DNA of 64,000 bases. Source: Tubiluchus corallicola (lineage: Eukaryota > Animalia > Priapulida). The position numbers and the translations under genes are program-made. The stretch is from the NCBI GenBank assembly GCA_030141605.1, contig JAQGDQ010001012.1:6633-70632 (forward strand), written 5' to 3'. This document shows positions 1 to 13,921 of this stretch, one piece after another. Positions within the stretch are counted from its first letter, which is position 1. Every line of letters starts with the position of its first letter. The notes below the pieces were generated by a model. That model was given only the letters and a program-made list of their open reading frames with translations. It searched no databases and had not been told where the DNA came from.

Positions 1-207
1 CATAACTTAACTATCAAAATTATCAAAAATGCTCAAACTGTATGCATCAAAAAATTATTCTGTAATGAAATTTGCACATGTATATCCCGCATTCTGTAAT
101 TTCTTGATAATACTGCATTTATTCATATTTATATTTATATTTACTCAAATGGAAAATTATCTGTATTTTAATGCTAATTGTAAGATGCAATGTGGAAAAT
201 GAATAAA

Positions 208-404
208 CTCTCTTCTCTTCTCTTCTCTTCTCTTCTCTTCTCTTCTCTTCTCTTCTCTTCTCTTCTCTTCTCTTCTCTTCTCTTCTCTTCTCTTCTCTTC
301 TCTTCTCTTCTCTCTTCTCTTCTCTTCTCTTCTCTTCTCTTCTCTTCTCTTCTCTTCTCTTCTCTTCTCTTCTCTTCTCTTCTCTTCTCTTCTCTTCTCT
401 TCTC
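208..404. repeat. (CTTCT)n pentanucleotide microsatellite
   Basis: Near-perfect CTTCT array with one slip near 310; it explains the RREEK and LLFSS ORFs. Confidence 0.98.
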
Positions 405-596
405 AAACATTACCTACAGGTCAGTTTTGATAAAAAAACGAATGTTTGTAGATGACAGAATCATGTGTCGCTCAACACTTGATTCTGTCATCAGGGTCAA
501 GAACAGTGAAGGGGAAAGGGTTATGAATATAATACCTGTGGACAGTATTTGTGACAAGTTCATTACGGGCTGACCATATTGAACATACATAGAACA

Positions 597-810
597 ACTT
601 AAATCACAGCATATTGCTTATGCAAGTTGAGTTTTTTGTATCAGAACAAGGACATCTTAACAGTTTTTTTTAATAATTCAGCTATTTTTAGCATTTGGAT
701 TTACTTAAATCACAGCATATTGCTTATGCAAGTTGACTTTTTTTGCATGAGAATAAGGACATCTTAACAGTTTTTTCATAATTCAGCTATTTTTAGCATT
801 TGGATTTACT
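597..810. repeat. Two-copy tandem duplication, ~106-bp unit
   Basis: ACTTAAATCACAGCATATTGCTTATGCAAGTTGA...GCATTTGGATTTACT starts at 597 and again at 703, with few differences. Confidence 0.9.
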
Positions 811-1391
811 GTTTAACTTTTTAGCGAGAAAATGCCTCAAAAACATTCAAAAAATTATATAAACAGTATTATAAAATAGTCAGCGAGAGTAATGTTTGAA
901 AGTCTGTCGATAGTGGATGCAATCTATATCTATATAAACTCTCACGTGTGAGAAATACTGCCGTATATGATGGGTAACAATCGTTATCCTCTCTATGATT
1001 AAGTAATTTTCATAATGCAACTTTTAGTATACGTATACAGATTTTGTTTGTGACTTATGAATCATTAATTTATGGGGAGGGGGGAAGGGTGAGGAGATTG
1101 TATGCATGTTGAAGCATTTTAATCTACTTTGCATTTAGGGTATAATAATGTGAATGTGTGAGTCTTGCATGTGTTTTTTTTATTCTAGTAAGCTATGTGT
1201 CATTGATTTTATGGATTTTATTACAAGCATGTAATTTCCTTTTAGGATATTAATAAAGTTTTACTGACTTATTGACCCCGTAAAGCTATTAAAGTTTTTT
1301 TAATAGCTCACTGACTTTATACTCAAAGTCTCAAACTTTGCACATTAGTATTTTTCTGATTGACGGCATATGGTCTTAATATTGCTTTCAG

Positions 1392-1553
1392 GGTCGAGTG
1401 TCTCCAATGCAGGTATCACTGCTATCACATAATCCTTCTAATTCAGATGCAGGCGTTAATGAGAGTGGGAAAATGTCTGCAGACATCCACAGGCTGCAGG
1501 ATTCTTCATCTCCATATATATACTTATCAGATTGTCACAGCGGTACCCCAAAG
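1392..1553 (+). CDS. Gab: Gab/DOS docking protein, internal exon (post-PH region)
   Basis: tttcAG acceptor and GTaatt donor, phase 0/0. Encodes GRVSPMQ...PYIYLSDCHSGTPK; the Y-I-x-L-S-D-C motif resembles the conserved post-PH motif of Gab/DOS. Phase matches the exon at 8583. Confidence 0.72.
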
Positions 1554-2289
1554 GTAATTGTTCACTTAGCTAAATTAAACCTTTCTGTGTAAAAGCTATA
1601 TAGTATTACTAAAATGAGGCAAACATGTAAGCAGTATTTTGAATAAATCGAGGTTGTGCGAATGTGAATGATATTCTGCAAAATTGTATTGTGAAAGGAA
1701 TAATTCTGGAACATAATATTCTAACGTTATTTGTATGGTTAATTATTCAGCATGTTATTGTCTCACAACTAAAGTTGATGCAAATCGGATAGTTGATGCA
1801 AATTCCGTTAGAGATGCAGGGGGAGACTGTGTCCAAAAGGCTCATGCGATCTGATGGAACACAGTGCCTTTTGGGGTCAAAACTTTCGAGTAGGGGAAAT
1901 TAGAGACTACTTTGTATCTAAGCCTAACTGAAAAATTGCAGAATATATTCAATCGTTTTTTTTCTGTACTGACAAGAGTAAGACATATTATTTTATATAC
2001 GGAATAGATATATTTACTATAAGATAGTGCAGTGATAGCATAGACACGACCTGTTTCATAAATATAAAATGTGAGTGTCTATGCAGTGTCTGATTTAAAT
2101 CATTTTGACCATCTCTCTTTCTTTCTCTGTCTCTCTCTCTCTGTCTCTCCCCTGCTCTCTCTCTCTCTCTCCTCTCTGCACTATTCTACCATGAAAAATA
2201 AAATTTAGTTCTTGCTTCAACGTGAAACAATGCGTTGACGACACTTCACATAAGTATTTAACGATTGGGTGACGTAAAATACTGCTGAG

Positions 2290-4200
2290 CTAAATGTGAA
2301 TCAAATTAAAGACTTTGGGACAACATTTAAAAATGTTTTTGAAAAAAAAATGACCATGGCACACGGTAATGACCACGATAAAAGCAGAATTTTGTTTAAC
2401 ATGTTCCCTGATGTATCGAAAGAAGAAATAAACACATATGACAATGCATGGTGTCAAAACGTTGAACATTGGATAGATAATTACTTAAATTTTAACTTGG
2501 CTAACAGTTGGCTAAACGACAATTTCACTTAAGAAGAATTCTTCAAGCAATTAGAGAAGTCAAACTGGTAAAAAAGTATTGATAATAATGGCTGCCATCC
2601 ATTAACGCTTAAGCATACAGGGTTTTGGTGCGAGTCATTCAACCTCTTCATATAACCTATGCAACCTATGGTAAACTTATGCATGAGTGAGTCCTACTGG
2701 CAATGGCACAAAGCAAAAATTACATTTTTTGAAAAAATGCGATAAAACTGATTACAGCAAACCAAATAATTACATATCACTCATTTGCCATAACATTGGT
2801 TTTTACGAGGATGGTAGTGCATGCTTCAAAATTGCTTTCAAATTGAACTACTTTATAGATGCTGAATCAGAAGGCTTTCATCCCTAAGATAATACTCAAT
2901 GTTATTTGATCAGATTATGGTCTGCCTTAGAGTTAGAACAACTTAAACAAAACCACTTTACCATCTTCTGCGACTTTAAAAAAGCTTTTGATAACATGTG
3001 GGTAGATGGTCGCTTGGAAATTCTATTCAAATGGTATTAAATGACGTCCGTTAGGTCTGCTGAAAAAATTTTAACATCAAAATACATATTAACGATTTTA
3101 TGTCAGATGAGTAGGTGTGCAAAAATGGTCTACAACAAGGTTCTGTCATTTTACCGTTGCTCTTATTATTATATGTAACAGACACTGAAACAAAATAAAT
3201 TCACCAACAGTTGGACACACAAATTCAAATACATTTGACGATGGGTCACTTGTTATCTCCGCTGACTCAGTCTGCGAAAGTTATCTGTGTCCAACTTTGA
3301 TGTCACATAATCTATCGTTGACACTGATACTGGAGGCTAAATGTCAACTGTGAGCCAAACAAAACTGAAGCCATTTTATATGCAAGCAAATCAAGCATGG
3401 AATCTTCTCTTCCAAACCTGCAGTTTGGTGATAAAAAATCACCTATGTTGAGCAAAGTAAAGTTTTGGGTGTCATTGGTGACTACAAATTGAACTTCAGG
3501 TCTTATACTTTGGCTCACAAACAAGTTTGGGGAAATGGACTAAAATAAAACAGTTATGCTTTAACCATAAAGATGTGCAGATGGCGACAGTCACTAACTT
3601 GTTTCAGTATAAAGTAGTGATGCTCACATTATAAACACTGACAAAGCCAGAACTTGACCTATAAAGAAAGAAATGGAACCTTTTGTTCAAGCTCCAATCG
3701 GCCAGCTTCTGTCTAAGGATTTGTAGCCTTACATATGTCAAAAGCCTGATCGTTTTTAAATTTAACGAAAGACACTGTGTTGTGATATAATGATAAACTA
3801 ACGATGTTTCACAATAATGGTTTTAAGTTTAAAGAAGACAAAATGGAGTTGTTCCAGTCTACGTTGTGGTCTAGAAAGATAAAACACAGAAATAATATCT
3901 GACGATTTAGCGCAACTATTTCTGCATTACTGTCAAGCTGCCAACCGGGAAATTTGACAGAAAAACCGATACTGTGGTGCTGATCTTGTTACTGAGAAGA
4001 GACTGCAAGGCATTTTTCTGTACTGTCGGATTTTCGCATGTGAGTGTGGCATACACTGTCAAACACCGAGCCATTTAGTGTTCTGTTGCCCTCTTGTATA
4101 CAATTTCTAACATGGATATAAAGGACATTTATCTCTTCAGAGACAAGAATGCCAGCAATATATTTGTCGAAACAGTAAATGAGTTGATGTGAAAAACATT
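2290..4200 (+). mobile_element. Highly decayed non-LTR retrotransposon, RT half
   Basis: Broken RT motifs: 'DYSKPNNY..ISL' ~2750, 'CDFKKAFD' ~2970, 'GLQQGSVILPLL' ~3127; many stops and frameshifts. Confidence 0.6.
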
Positions 4201-6779
4201 CTTGTTCATAAATGGTACCTTTATCTTATTCTTGCCACTATAATGTTGAGTGTGCAGTCAGTTTAGCCCAAAAAATTGTGTGCTTTGTTTTAGAAAGTTA
4301 GTCAACGTTAATTTGACATTTAATTTATTTGTATGACATGTAATTTATTTTAAAACTGTCGTTCCGGAAATTACCATCCCCACTTGTACATGCTCCCTAA
4401 TATTCGTAGTTAATTACATGAACTACAATTTTATTTTTCCTAATGCACACCTTTATGACAAACACCACTTGCCAATTACTAACCTTACTCCACAGTCTTG
4501 GATATGTTAAATTTTGACATAGCTTGTATAAAGTTTTTATACTGTTGTGATATAAATATAATGTTTGTCAAATTACTCTGCAATTAGGGGGATTTACGTT
4601 ATGTATACATGTTGCAAAATAAAAAATGTATTATGTATTTAATTTCTCCCTCCCCGTTTCTCTATATTTATAGTGTTTTATGTAATACATTTATACGTAT
4701 GAGTACATGAAAAGATGTTTATTGAGTTATGTAAAAATCTGAATTTTGGTGAAGAGTTGCAGTCAGTAAAATAAGTTTTATTTTATGCAATTTGTGAAGA
4801 ATTTGGCGGAACAATCAGTGTATGGTACAGGCATGCGTTTAGCACATTATAGGTCCTTTATTAAAACAGACATCAAAACGGCATGTACAGCAGATGAACC
4901 TAATAAAAGCTACAAAATATGCAGATGAGCAAGGCCACTATGTCAAAGACAACTATCACTGATAGTGTGTGAAAAATGTTTCGAGGAACACGCAATTGGT
5001 AATATATAAATGGACAGTGCAGTAAAATCAGTTAGAAGTAGAACCAGTACAGTGCTCTCAAGAACTGGCTCAGCTGGTATGATCACGCTGGGGTAGCTCT
5101 CATTTTCGTGATCTAAAAAAAGAAAAAAGAACCAATAGTGAACGAAAACTGTAATATTAAGCTGCAAAAAATTAAAAAGCTGCTCCAAGATGATACAGAT
5201 AATCAGTGCTTCATGTTTAGGTTAGGGGTTCTCATCACGAGCAGAACAAAAACATGTTGTGGGTCTAGGTCAGAACAGTAGCTCCTCCAGCGCAATGTGG
5301 GGGCGAGCCCTGGAAACTAATGCATTTTCCTGGTTTTTACTCATTTTGAGTCAATCAAAGATCAGAAGGTTAATGAAAAAAGTGCAGTTCAGTAAGCAGT
5401 ATTTCAACAGTTTTTCACCATTAAATATATGAAATTTAGATATTTATTCAAAAGCAACACTTTCTTTGTCTGCTCATTTTTCCACTGCAGAACCATTCAT
5501 CTAGGTCCTTTGAATCATCTTATCAATAACATAATTAATATCATTCTCTTTTGTGACCAATCCCTTTCTTGTGAGTCAGACTACAATATCACTAGCTGTC
5601 AACTACATCATATATTTTATGATATTCACAAACACGATCATCCATTTCTTTCTTGTAATTCGCAATATATCTGCTTTTCTTATCATTTTCAGGGGCGTAT
5701 CAAAATTTATAACACCCTAGGTGATTTGTAATTGTTTATATGTGAAGCCTAATATTATTATTATTATGAAACCCACAATTATTATTGTATATTAGTAGTA
5801 TTAGTGCTTAAATATTCTTGTTGTTCTTGTTAATTACATATAATTTGTAAGGGCTTATGTCTAAGAATTGCTGCACAACTGATTTTTGTGTAGGGCCTTT
5901 TTATAAGAATAATAATTAATACTTGCGCGCAGTAACTGTCTGTGCTGTGTTATAAAATACTCTTTATATGAATATGAAAGGGTACACATTTTCTGAGTAG
6001 AGAAGAATAGAAATTTTTTAACACTGAGCCATTATTTGGCACCCTTGTCTACAGCCTGGTTAGTCATTGGTAAATACACCCTGATCATTTTCATCTAAGG
6101 TTCACTTATTTGTTACGCCCTTGTAATTAAGAAACCATTTTGGGTATTTATGGTAAGTTGACAGTACTTGCAGTCATAATTGCATTATGATAATTTGTAT
6201 AATTATGTATTCTCTTGGTAACGGAAAAATCCAGTGATGAGTTATGCCTACATCCTTGTCGCCTAGTGCTAAAACTGTTGTAGTGCGTTTTTAAGGTACT
6301 GTTTGTTTCGTTTTTCGTCTTTACAGTTGACAGATCAATAACAGACAAAGTTTTTAATAATACTGCTTGAAGAACGTTTTATGTAACACATATAGTTTTT
6401 GTGTTATAGATATGCTTCTAGTCAATTAAATGGTGAGAAATCTAAATGTGCTACCCGACTAGAAATTAGTTTCTGTTTAGGTGCAGGATCTATAATTTTA
6501 GGTTCGGGGTTTACGACCCGGACAGACCCGGCGCACTTTAAGCACAGCAGATTATGCAGCTTTCTCCACTGGTCTACATAGCAAATTAGAAAACAGAGAA
6601 GTCAGTTGTAAAGCTAACACATTGACAAAACTAAAATATGCCGTAATGCAGAAGTGAAAAACTTCTACAGAGCTTAAGCTTGCAGAATTGCTTCCCAATC
6701 CTGCACCACTACAGTATGTATATTATCTCAAATGCACAGCAGTCGACAAAAATGTAAAGGATAAAGACAATATAAAGTT

Positions 6780-7830
6780 AAGTATGACAATAAAAAAATA
6801 TTTGTCACAGCACTATCCGTTCATTCGATTCGAAACTCCCTGTAAAACTATTTAAAGGTAAAATCCAAGTACAGTTACCAGATGAAGAAAAAGCAACTAA
6901 TTTTGTGAATAAGTGGCAACCAAGCTTCTTAGGAGACAATACTAAGACCTCGAAACCAGTTCACACCCACGTAGGGTAGATGCCTGATTGCAAACCCGAT
7001 TTATCGTGGAATGGAGTTAGGCAGGAAACCAGTAGATTATAGCATGATGTGAAAATAGATCAGACCAAAAAGAAGATTTGGAAGTGTATGCTCCTGGGAA
7101 AAACCACATATGGGTCACACAAAGAATTTTGGTGTGCCAAGACCACTGCGTTGCTTTAACTGCCAGCAGTACAATCACGTCCCTAAATGGTGTAAGAAAG
7201 CACTGGGCATCATAAAGGTGTAGATTCTATGACAAAAAAATTAAGATGTCAATTGCAAAGGCACACATGATCAGATGATAAAAACTCTAATTTACACCAA
7301 GGAACTGAAACGTCGCTCATGTCACTCAAACACGTAAAACTAAAAGCCTGCCAATTAAATGTAAATATTTCTCGGTAAGGTCAAGGGCAGCAATTGATAA
7401 TTATGTTAACAGTTATTCGTGTGACATTGTACTGTACACGGAACAAAGGTTGATGATAATAATGTAAGTGACATAAACAACTTTCAAACATATATTAAAT
7501 CGTCACATGGGTTATCTAGAGGCTGCACTTTGTTCATTAGGAAAAATTTAAAGACTTGAAGAGTGGTTGAGCTAGAAAATGCTAATGTTAATATAGTTTG
7601 GGCGTTTGTACATGTTGGTGGTCAAAGACTATTTTTTGAGTTGATATACACTTTATCAAAACATCTACAGTTAATGCATACATTTTTAGTTAACTTTAAA
7701 GCAGTTCAACAATGTGCTATCCAGCACAGCATTAAAGGTGTGATTGCTGTTGGAGATTTTAATGTGGGATACTTAACCTGTTGCAGATTTTAATGTGGGA
7801 TACTTAACCTTGGACTTTCGTAATAATGAA
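6780..7830 (+). mobile_element. Decayed LINE 5' half (ORF1 zinc knuckle plus APE endonuclease fragments), I/Jockey-like
   Basis: PLRCFNCQQYNHVPKWC (CCHC knuckle) at ~7143-7193; 'GVIAVGDFN' endonuclease motif at ~7737-7763. Confidence 0.6.
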
Positions 7831-8582
7831 CACAGTCGATTACTAAACTGTGAGTGCAGTAAGCGGTAGTGACCTAGTGGTAACAGCTTCAAATAAAGAG
7901 ACGTTTCAATTGTACAAAAGACATAATAGTAGGCTCCCAAGAAATAGCCACATAAATGGTATTTCACAGTCAGTTGGTGCAGAGATTGAACTGTTTGCTG
8001 GCACTTAAAATGTCCTATACTTTAAAATCTATGAACAAGTGCAGATGTAAAGTAAAATTAAGCTCAAAATGATTTTTAGATCAGATAATGTACAGATGCA
8101 TTTACTTTGCAGTTATATTTTATTTTTATGAAACATTTCTATGTATTGTCCTATAATATAATACAAAAATACACTCGTCAGTGTAAGGAGACAGTCGAAT
8201 GTATTCTGTTTTTCGTTTGTTAGACCTAAAAAATTAGAAAGATATCGATAACAAAAGAAGATTTTGACTCCTTCTTTTCTTTCACATCTTGTGGACCCAG
8301 TCCGCCCTGCTTACAGAGTTGACACTTGCACACTGATAAGACTGCTACTAATGTGTCTAATATAATACAGTCAAACATTCAGCTAGTTGCAACACTCATA
8401 ATTTGTGCTTTAACTAAGACCCATTTTTCCAATTTTCCAGTCCCATCTTTTTTGTAACAACGGTAGTTGGTTAGCATCTTAATTTAGAAAATCACCCAGA
8501 AATTTTGCATCTGGTTTCTTTTTTCACTAGTTATTCAGTGCTTTGCTGTCTTATTTGGTATTTCAGCATCCATCTGTTTTAG

Positions 8583-9522
8583 GTGTCTTCTGATGAGGCA
8601 GAATTGATGATTCGACGAGATAGTATGCCTGATATCCCAGCACCCCCTGTACCAGTTTCCGATCAGGAATATTACAATCTCATGCCACACAGCCAAAAGA
8701 CTTCTGCAGCTGCAGCTCCTGTGGCACTGCCGATTCGTACTCCAAGAAATAAAAATGCTTCAAGTGATGAACTACATAAAGTCATTCCTGCTCCACAGTT
8801 AGTCAATGGTACACAGACAAGTGCAGCAGATGAGTGGTACAAAGTGCCACGCAATCAGTCAAATGCTAATACTACTGTGGCAGGACAGAATGAAGCTTTG
8901 GTTAAATTTAAAAAGCAACAAGAATATGACATCCCTCGTCCAGAGCAGTGCGACAGCAATCGAAGTAGTTGTGTTGATTTAGACAATATTGTGCCCACTG
9001 TTGCAGAACGACTAGATCAAGAAGAACCATATAAAGTGCCCAGGTCAGGTCCGCCAATGCCAGTATCTAATGAACCTGATGTGCATCTTCCTCCTCCACG
9101 ACCACCCAAATCAAAACTTCAACTCACAGAGCAGTATGTGAACATTTTAGATTCTGTGCCACCAGTCAAACTTCAGGCAGATATTAGTCATTTTCTGGGT
9201 TATGATGTTCCTCGATTGCATTATGACATTCCACATTCAGCGTTAAGTGAAGGCAAACCAGTAGCACCACCTCGGCCAGCAAAACCTAAGAAGATGAGTA
9301 GTACAACAAGTGCTGAGGAGTTGGATGTAAGTGCTTGTCCACCACTAATGACTACAGATTTGAAGAGTCTCAGCATTTCTCATAATCCCCAGCAGTCATA
9401 CACTAATGCAGCGATAGCAGTGCCAGTCGAAGCAATGGCTGATAGTGTTCTGCCATCTCAAGTTGCTCCTCCTCCTGTGCACCGGGAACTTAATCCAAAA
9501 AGGATGTTTCTGAACTCTGCAA
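8583..9522 (+). CDS. Gab: Gab/DOS docking protein, large exon with tyrosine and proline motifs
   Basis: ttttAG/GTgagt, phase 0/1. Multiple YxxP (YKVP x2, YDIP x2, YDVP), YxN, YNLM, and Grb2-SH3-type motifs PPPRPPK, PPRPAKP and PPPVHRELNP. Confidence 0.88.
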
Positions 9523-9849
9523 GTGAGTTTGTAGTGGTTAACTATTTTCATTTAACTAATGGTTTAGAAAAGCTAATATTTAACCACTTTAAAATTCATC
9601 AAATGTCAATGCTTTTTTCCAATAGAGTTAAAATTGTGTAACTCTCTGCATACTGCTGATTTTGATACTATTCCTATAATGTTTTTATACCTATAAGTTT
9701 TAATACTTGTTTTATAAACAACTTTCTTGGCATTTCATTTTTCGGTGTTTATAAACTAGGACTTTCTGTAACCTCAAAAAAGCGACTCAAATTTGCATCA
9801 TTGATCATTTCCTCTTTTCGTAACTACTGCATTTTGTGAATAGTATTTA

Positions 9850-11915
9850 CAGTGGACTCTCGTTATAAGAATCACCTCGGGAGAAGGCAAAGTGATTCTT
9901 ATAACGAGCGATTCTTATAACGAGCATGACCCAGAATTGCTTTAAAATTTTTTTATGCACATAAAAATTATTTATTTCCCGAAATTACGCTAGAAACGAC
10001 ATGAAACAGCATAATGTTTTTCTGGCCTAAAAAGGACTTAAAGATTCCTAGACTAATGTTTTTATTTCATGGTTGGTTAAAATTTTTTTTAATGCACATA
10101 ATTTTTTTTCCGAAATTGTGCTGGAGACGACAGAAAACTCTACATCTACTGCTTGAAAAATATCGATAGCTTGCTTTGCTTCATTTCTCCTCTGGTGAGG
10201 CGGTCAATTTCGGCTCCCAACCGTTTCAATTGAAGGTTGTCCTCGAAGCCTCGTGCCACCAATCCGAGTTTCAGCTTATTGAAGTGTTCCATCATTTCCT
10301 TCCGTGTGGGGATTGCAACTTCCTCTTTATCATCGCTGCTGTCACTGTCGTTCTCTGCCTTCTCGTGGTGGAACTGCCTCGCCACTTCTTCGACAATGCT
10401 TTCGTCTGTCATCTTCTCAGTCACTTGAAGGTCAACATCGATGTCGATGAATGCTTCCCACTGCTCCTGGGTAACATCCATCCATTGGGGCGGACAGAGC
10501 AGCGTCATCGATTGCTGGATCTTTCACATCGCCGTCATCCAGTCCTCCTCGTCACCAACAATTCACAATGGTTTCGGTTTTGACAGATTCCCAAGCAACT
10601 TTCAGGTTCATCAGCGCGTCCAGAACATTGATTTTGTTGGCGAGTGTCATAGCATCTGATGCGCTTCCGTTGTCAATCTCATTTAGCACGGCCATCACTA
10701 TGCTGCACCTAAAATGGGCTTTGAATGCCAGAATGATGCCCTGGTCCAGTGGTTGCAAGAGAGATGTCGTGTTTGGCGGCAAGAATGCCAACTCAATGTT
10801 GTCAAGCTGCACTTTTGGATGGGCTGAACAGTTGTCCAACAGCAGCAGCACCTTCTCTCCCTTGCGTCGAAGTTCTTGATCCCACTCTTGAAGCCATTCA
10901 GTGAAAAGCTGGCCTGTCATCCACGCTGTTTTGTTAGCTCTGTAGCGTGCTGGCAGCTTCTTTATGCCAGTGAAGCATCGTGGCTTAGCGCTCTTTGCAA
11001 TGACGAAAGAAATTCTCTTCTCTCCCAGCTGACACAGAACAGAACAGTCAAACGTTCTTTGCTCTTCTTCCCTCCAGCCTTCTTTTCGTCCTTGAGTACG
11101 AATGTGTTGTCTGGAAGGGCGCGATGATAGAGGCCGGTCTCGTCACAGTTCCAGATTTGACGAGGAGCGTACTTCTTGCGAAGTTCAGGCCACACATTCA
11201 CTAGCCAGTCATCTTTCCCCTCTGCGTCTGCTGCTGCCGCTTCTCCATGCAGTCGCTTGAAAATCAGGTCGTTTCGTTTCTTGAAATTGGTGAACCAGCC
11301 ACCTGACGCCTTGAAATCAGCAATTCCGAATTCTTTGGCAAAGTTTTCGGCTTTTGCTTTGATGACTGGGCCTGAGAGTGGAGTGTCTTTGTCTCGTGCG
11401 TTTTTGATCCACATGTCCAGTGCCACTTCCAGCTCAATCCACTTCCCCATTCTCTTCCTCTTCAATGCTGGTGAAGTGCTGGACACGATATTGCGCTCCT
11501 TCAGGATCTTCGAGAGACACGACTGGTTGAGACCTTCGAAGCCTTGTCCAACCAACAGCTGCACAGCTTCTCGCTGGCCAACCCTCGGAAGCGCGTCATA
11601 AGCGGAGATGATTTTCACCTTATCACTCACACTTCTGCTTTTCTGTTTGGATGCCATTTTTCAACTGACTGACACGCAAGCAAACAAATTTGAAATCTCT
11701 GTGGTGTCCGCCACGCCCACTGCGTAGAACCATGTAAGCAGGGCGTGAGAGACAATGGAGTTGGAGCCAAAATTGATTCTACTATCGAAAGAAGGGTGAT
11801 TCTTATACGAGCGGATTTGCACTAGGAAAATGCCGATTCAATTCGGGAAACGCGATTTTGATTCTTATATCGAGCTGATTCTTATACGTGTGATTCTTGT
11901 AACGAGAGTCCACTG
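9850..11915 (-). mobile_element. Full-length pogo/Tigger DNA transposon (2066 bp) in a Gab intron
   Basis: TIR CAGTGGACTCTCGTTATAAGAATCAC / GTGATTCTTGTAACGAGAGTCCACTG; TA TSD at 9848-49 and 11916-17; subterminal ATTCTTATA(A)CGAG repeats at both ends. Confidence 0.96.
10146..11657 (-). pseudogene. Tigger/CENP-B-like DDE transposase, disrupted
   Basis: CENP-B HTH (FKASGGWFTNFKKR), IWNCDETGL, LLLDNCSAH, FLPPNTTSLLQPLDQGII. Split over three ORFs by frameshifts and a TGA at ~10552. Confidence 0.93.
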
Positions 11916-12440
11916 TACAGCTATTTGGAAAAATTAGTTGCAAGCAATTAGCCTATACGAGTTCACTGTCTGCAATCACCAAGTTTAACTAATGTTTGGA
12001 CATATGGCTAGTATACAGACTGGACCATTATGAAACCTGAATACAGCATATTAACACTTAAATGGTTGTAACGGAACCCATTTCGTCAAGGGTAAACGTA
12101 GAATCAGATTAGAGTCAGAGTAAATATTTCTAGTAGCAAGTCAAGCTCAGCATCGCTTCAGTATTTAAGTGCACACAGTATGACAACAACCATTCACCTC
12201 GTAACATTTTCTACAGTTACCTTCACATTTTGTCCACTTAGCCAAAATTAGTAGCAATAGGTACTGCTGATGGAGTGAACTGATGAAAGTTTACAAACTA
12301 ATGTCCCCAGTTACAATTCTTGAAATTTTATGATGTACATACCTCACAGACATTATTCATGTGGACATAATAACAATACGGCATTGTTCACTATCCATTG
12401 TTTTTACTGAGCAGACTAAATGTTTTTGTTTCTTTTTTAG

Positions 12441-12498
12441 CTTCAAGCACCTCTACTTCTCCTCCTCAGACAAAAGCTACTACATTCACAAAGTCAAA
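12441..12498 (+). CDS. Gab: Gab/DOS small exon
   Basis: tttttttAG/GTaagt; phase 1/2 links the flanking exons in frame (TSSTSTSPPQTKATTFTKS). Confidence 0.72.
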
Positions 12499-13080
12499 GT
12501 AAGTGCAAAAATTTTTAAAAGCTATTTCTTCTGTTGTTCCAGATGTGTTTACAAAAATGAAGTGTGGTGGAATAGTTGGCACTGGTGCTTGATTTCTTTT
12601 GTGTTCCTGAATGAGACAAGACAGTTACTGACGATGATACAAACAAAAATAAAGTTAAAATAAGAACAACCTTATGCTTTAAAAAGATGCCGATTGTTCT
12701 TATATTAATGCTATTCTTGCTTGTATCACATACAGTGTGTTTAAATCACTGTAGTTAAAAAGGATCGACACCTGTACTCATCACATATTAGGTTAAATTA
12801 GATTAAATGTATTTTTAACCTGATTAATATAAAGATTTTTCACCCAGTGTTACAATAACCTATTTATTTATTAATTTATTTTAAACGAACTGCACCAAAC
12901 AAGGCCAATGCATGGGTACTGGGAACTTGAGGTACGGGGCTAAAATGGGAAATACCTGGTAAACCTGTTAATAAAAAATTTGTCAATTTTGTCAATTGTA
13001 ACAAAATTGATTGAAAATTCTGTTCTAAATTTTTATCACTTATTAATGAGATGATGAAGCCAAAGACGTTAATATTTCAG

Positions 13081-13267
13081 TGGCTTAGCAAATGAAAGCA
13101 CTAGAACAGAGGTACACTTACCACAGCGTGCTCAACGAGACTCCACTTCTGACTCCAGCACTGGTGGCAGTAACAGCTGCGTATTTGAAGATGATGAGTT
13201 TGCTACCATGGCAGGTGCAGTCAGTAATAAAAATAAAGCAAGTCTACCTAGTGAACAGCTGTACCAG
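13081..13267 (+). CDS. Gab: Gab/DOS exon
   Basis: tttcAG/GTgaga; phase 2/0; open frame GLANESTRTE...SLPSEQLYQ. Confidence 0.78.
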
Positions 13268-13921
13268 GTGAGATACTGGACTGTTGTTTTGATTATTTTG
13301 TCTAGTAAAATATGAACCTAAGTGACAAGTCAGATATAAAAGCCTCTGTCACTGTAGCCAAGTTCCTACTGTAATATTTGATTTCATCCAGTTTTCTAAA
13401 TGGGAACCTGGCATTGCATTTTGTCAAATGAAAACAAAACGATGAAATCAAAATTTGATTTGTAATGTAAACTTGTGTTTTTACCCTAATCATGTACTAA
13501 TCCCGTAAGCTTTTGTAGGAAGCTTCTATAGGCCAGATGGTGTTGTAGAAAACTAAGGAAAGGGTGCCATTTTCGAATCTAATAAGACAGTAGTTACAAT
13601 TGTAATTTGTAATAAGTGTTTATTGGAAACCACCTGATTTCCAAGTAAATTTCATTTAATATAATTTTATGCTTGTTTAGCTACATGTACTTATAGTGAC
13701 ACTTTGCTCCAACAGTTTAAAAAAATAAATCAGTAAAATATCAATACATTTTTACATACAGTAATCACCAGCAAGCCAATGGTTTTTCAATATGCAATTC
13801 TTTCATTAGGCATACCTATACATGCATATACTAAATAATTTAACCTTTAGACATGGCAGTTGTATTGCACCATTACTATGCTGCATTCCTAAAATCTTGA
13901 CTCTTATGTGATTTTTAACAG

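Noticed and set aside
119-573. RREEK / LLFSS repeat ORFs and a possible exon after the pyrimidine tract (419-573)
   Set aside because: The ORFs are microsatellite translations; the 419-573 peptide shows no Gab PH-domain similarity that I can recognise.
4800-5200. Possible THAP-domain remnant (VCEKCFEE)
   Set aside because: One weak motif with no continuous frame; too degraded to call.
7755-7811. 26-bp direct repeat AGATTTTAATGTGGGATACTTAACCT
   Set aside because: Simple local slippage duplication in a dead LINE.
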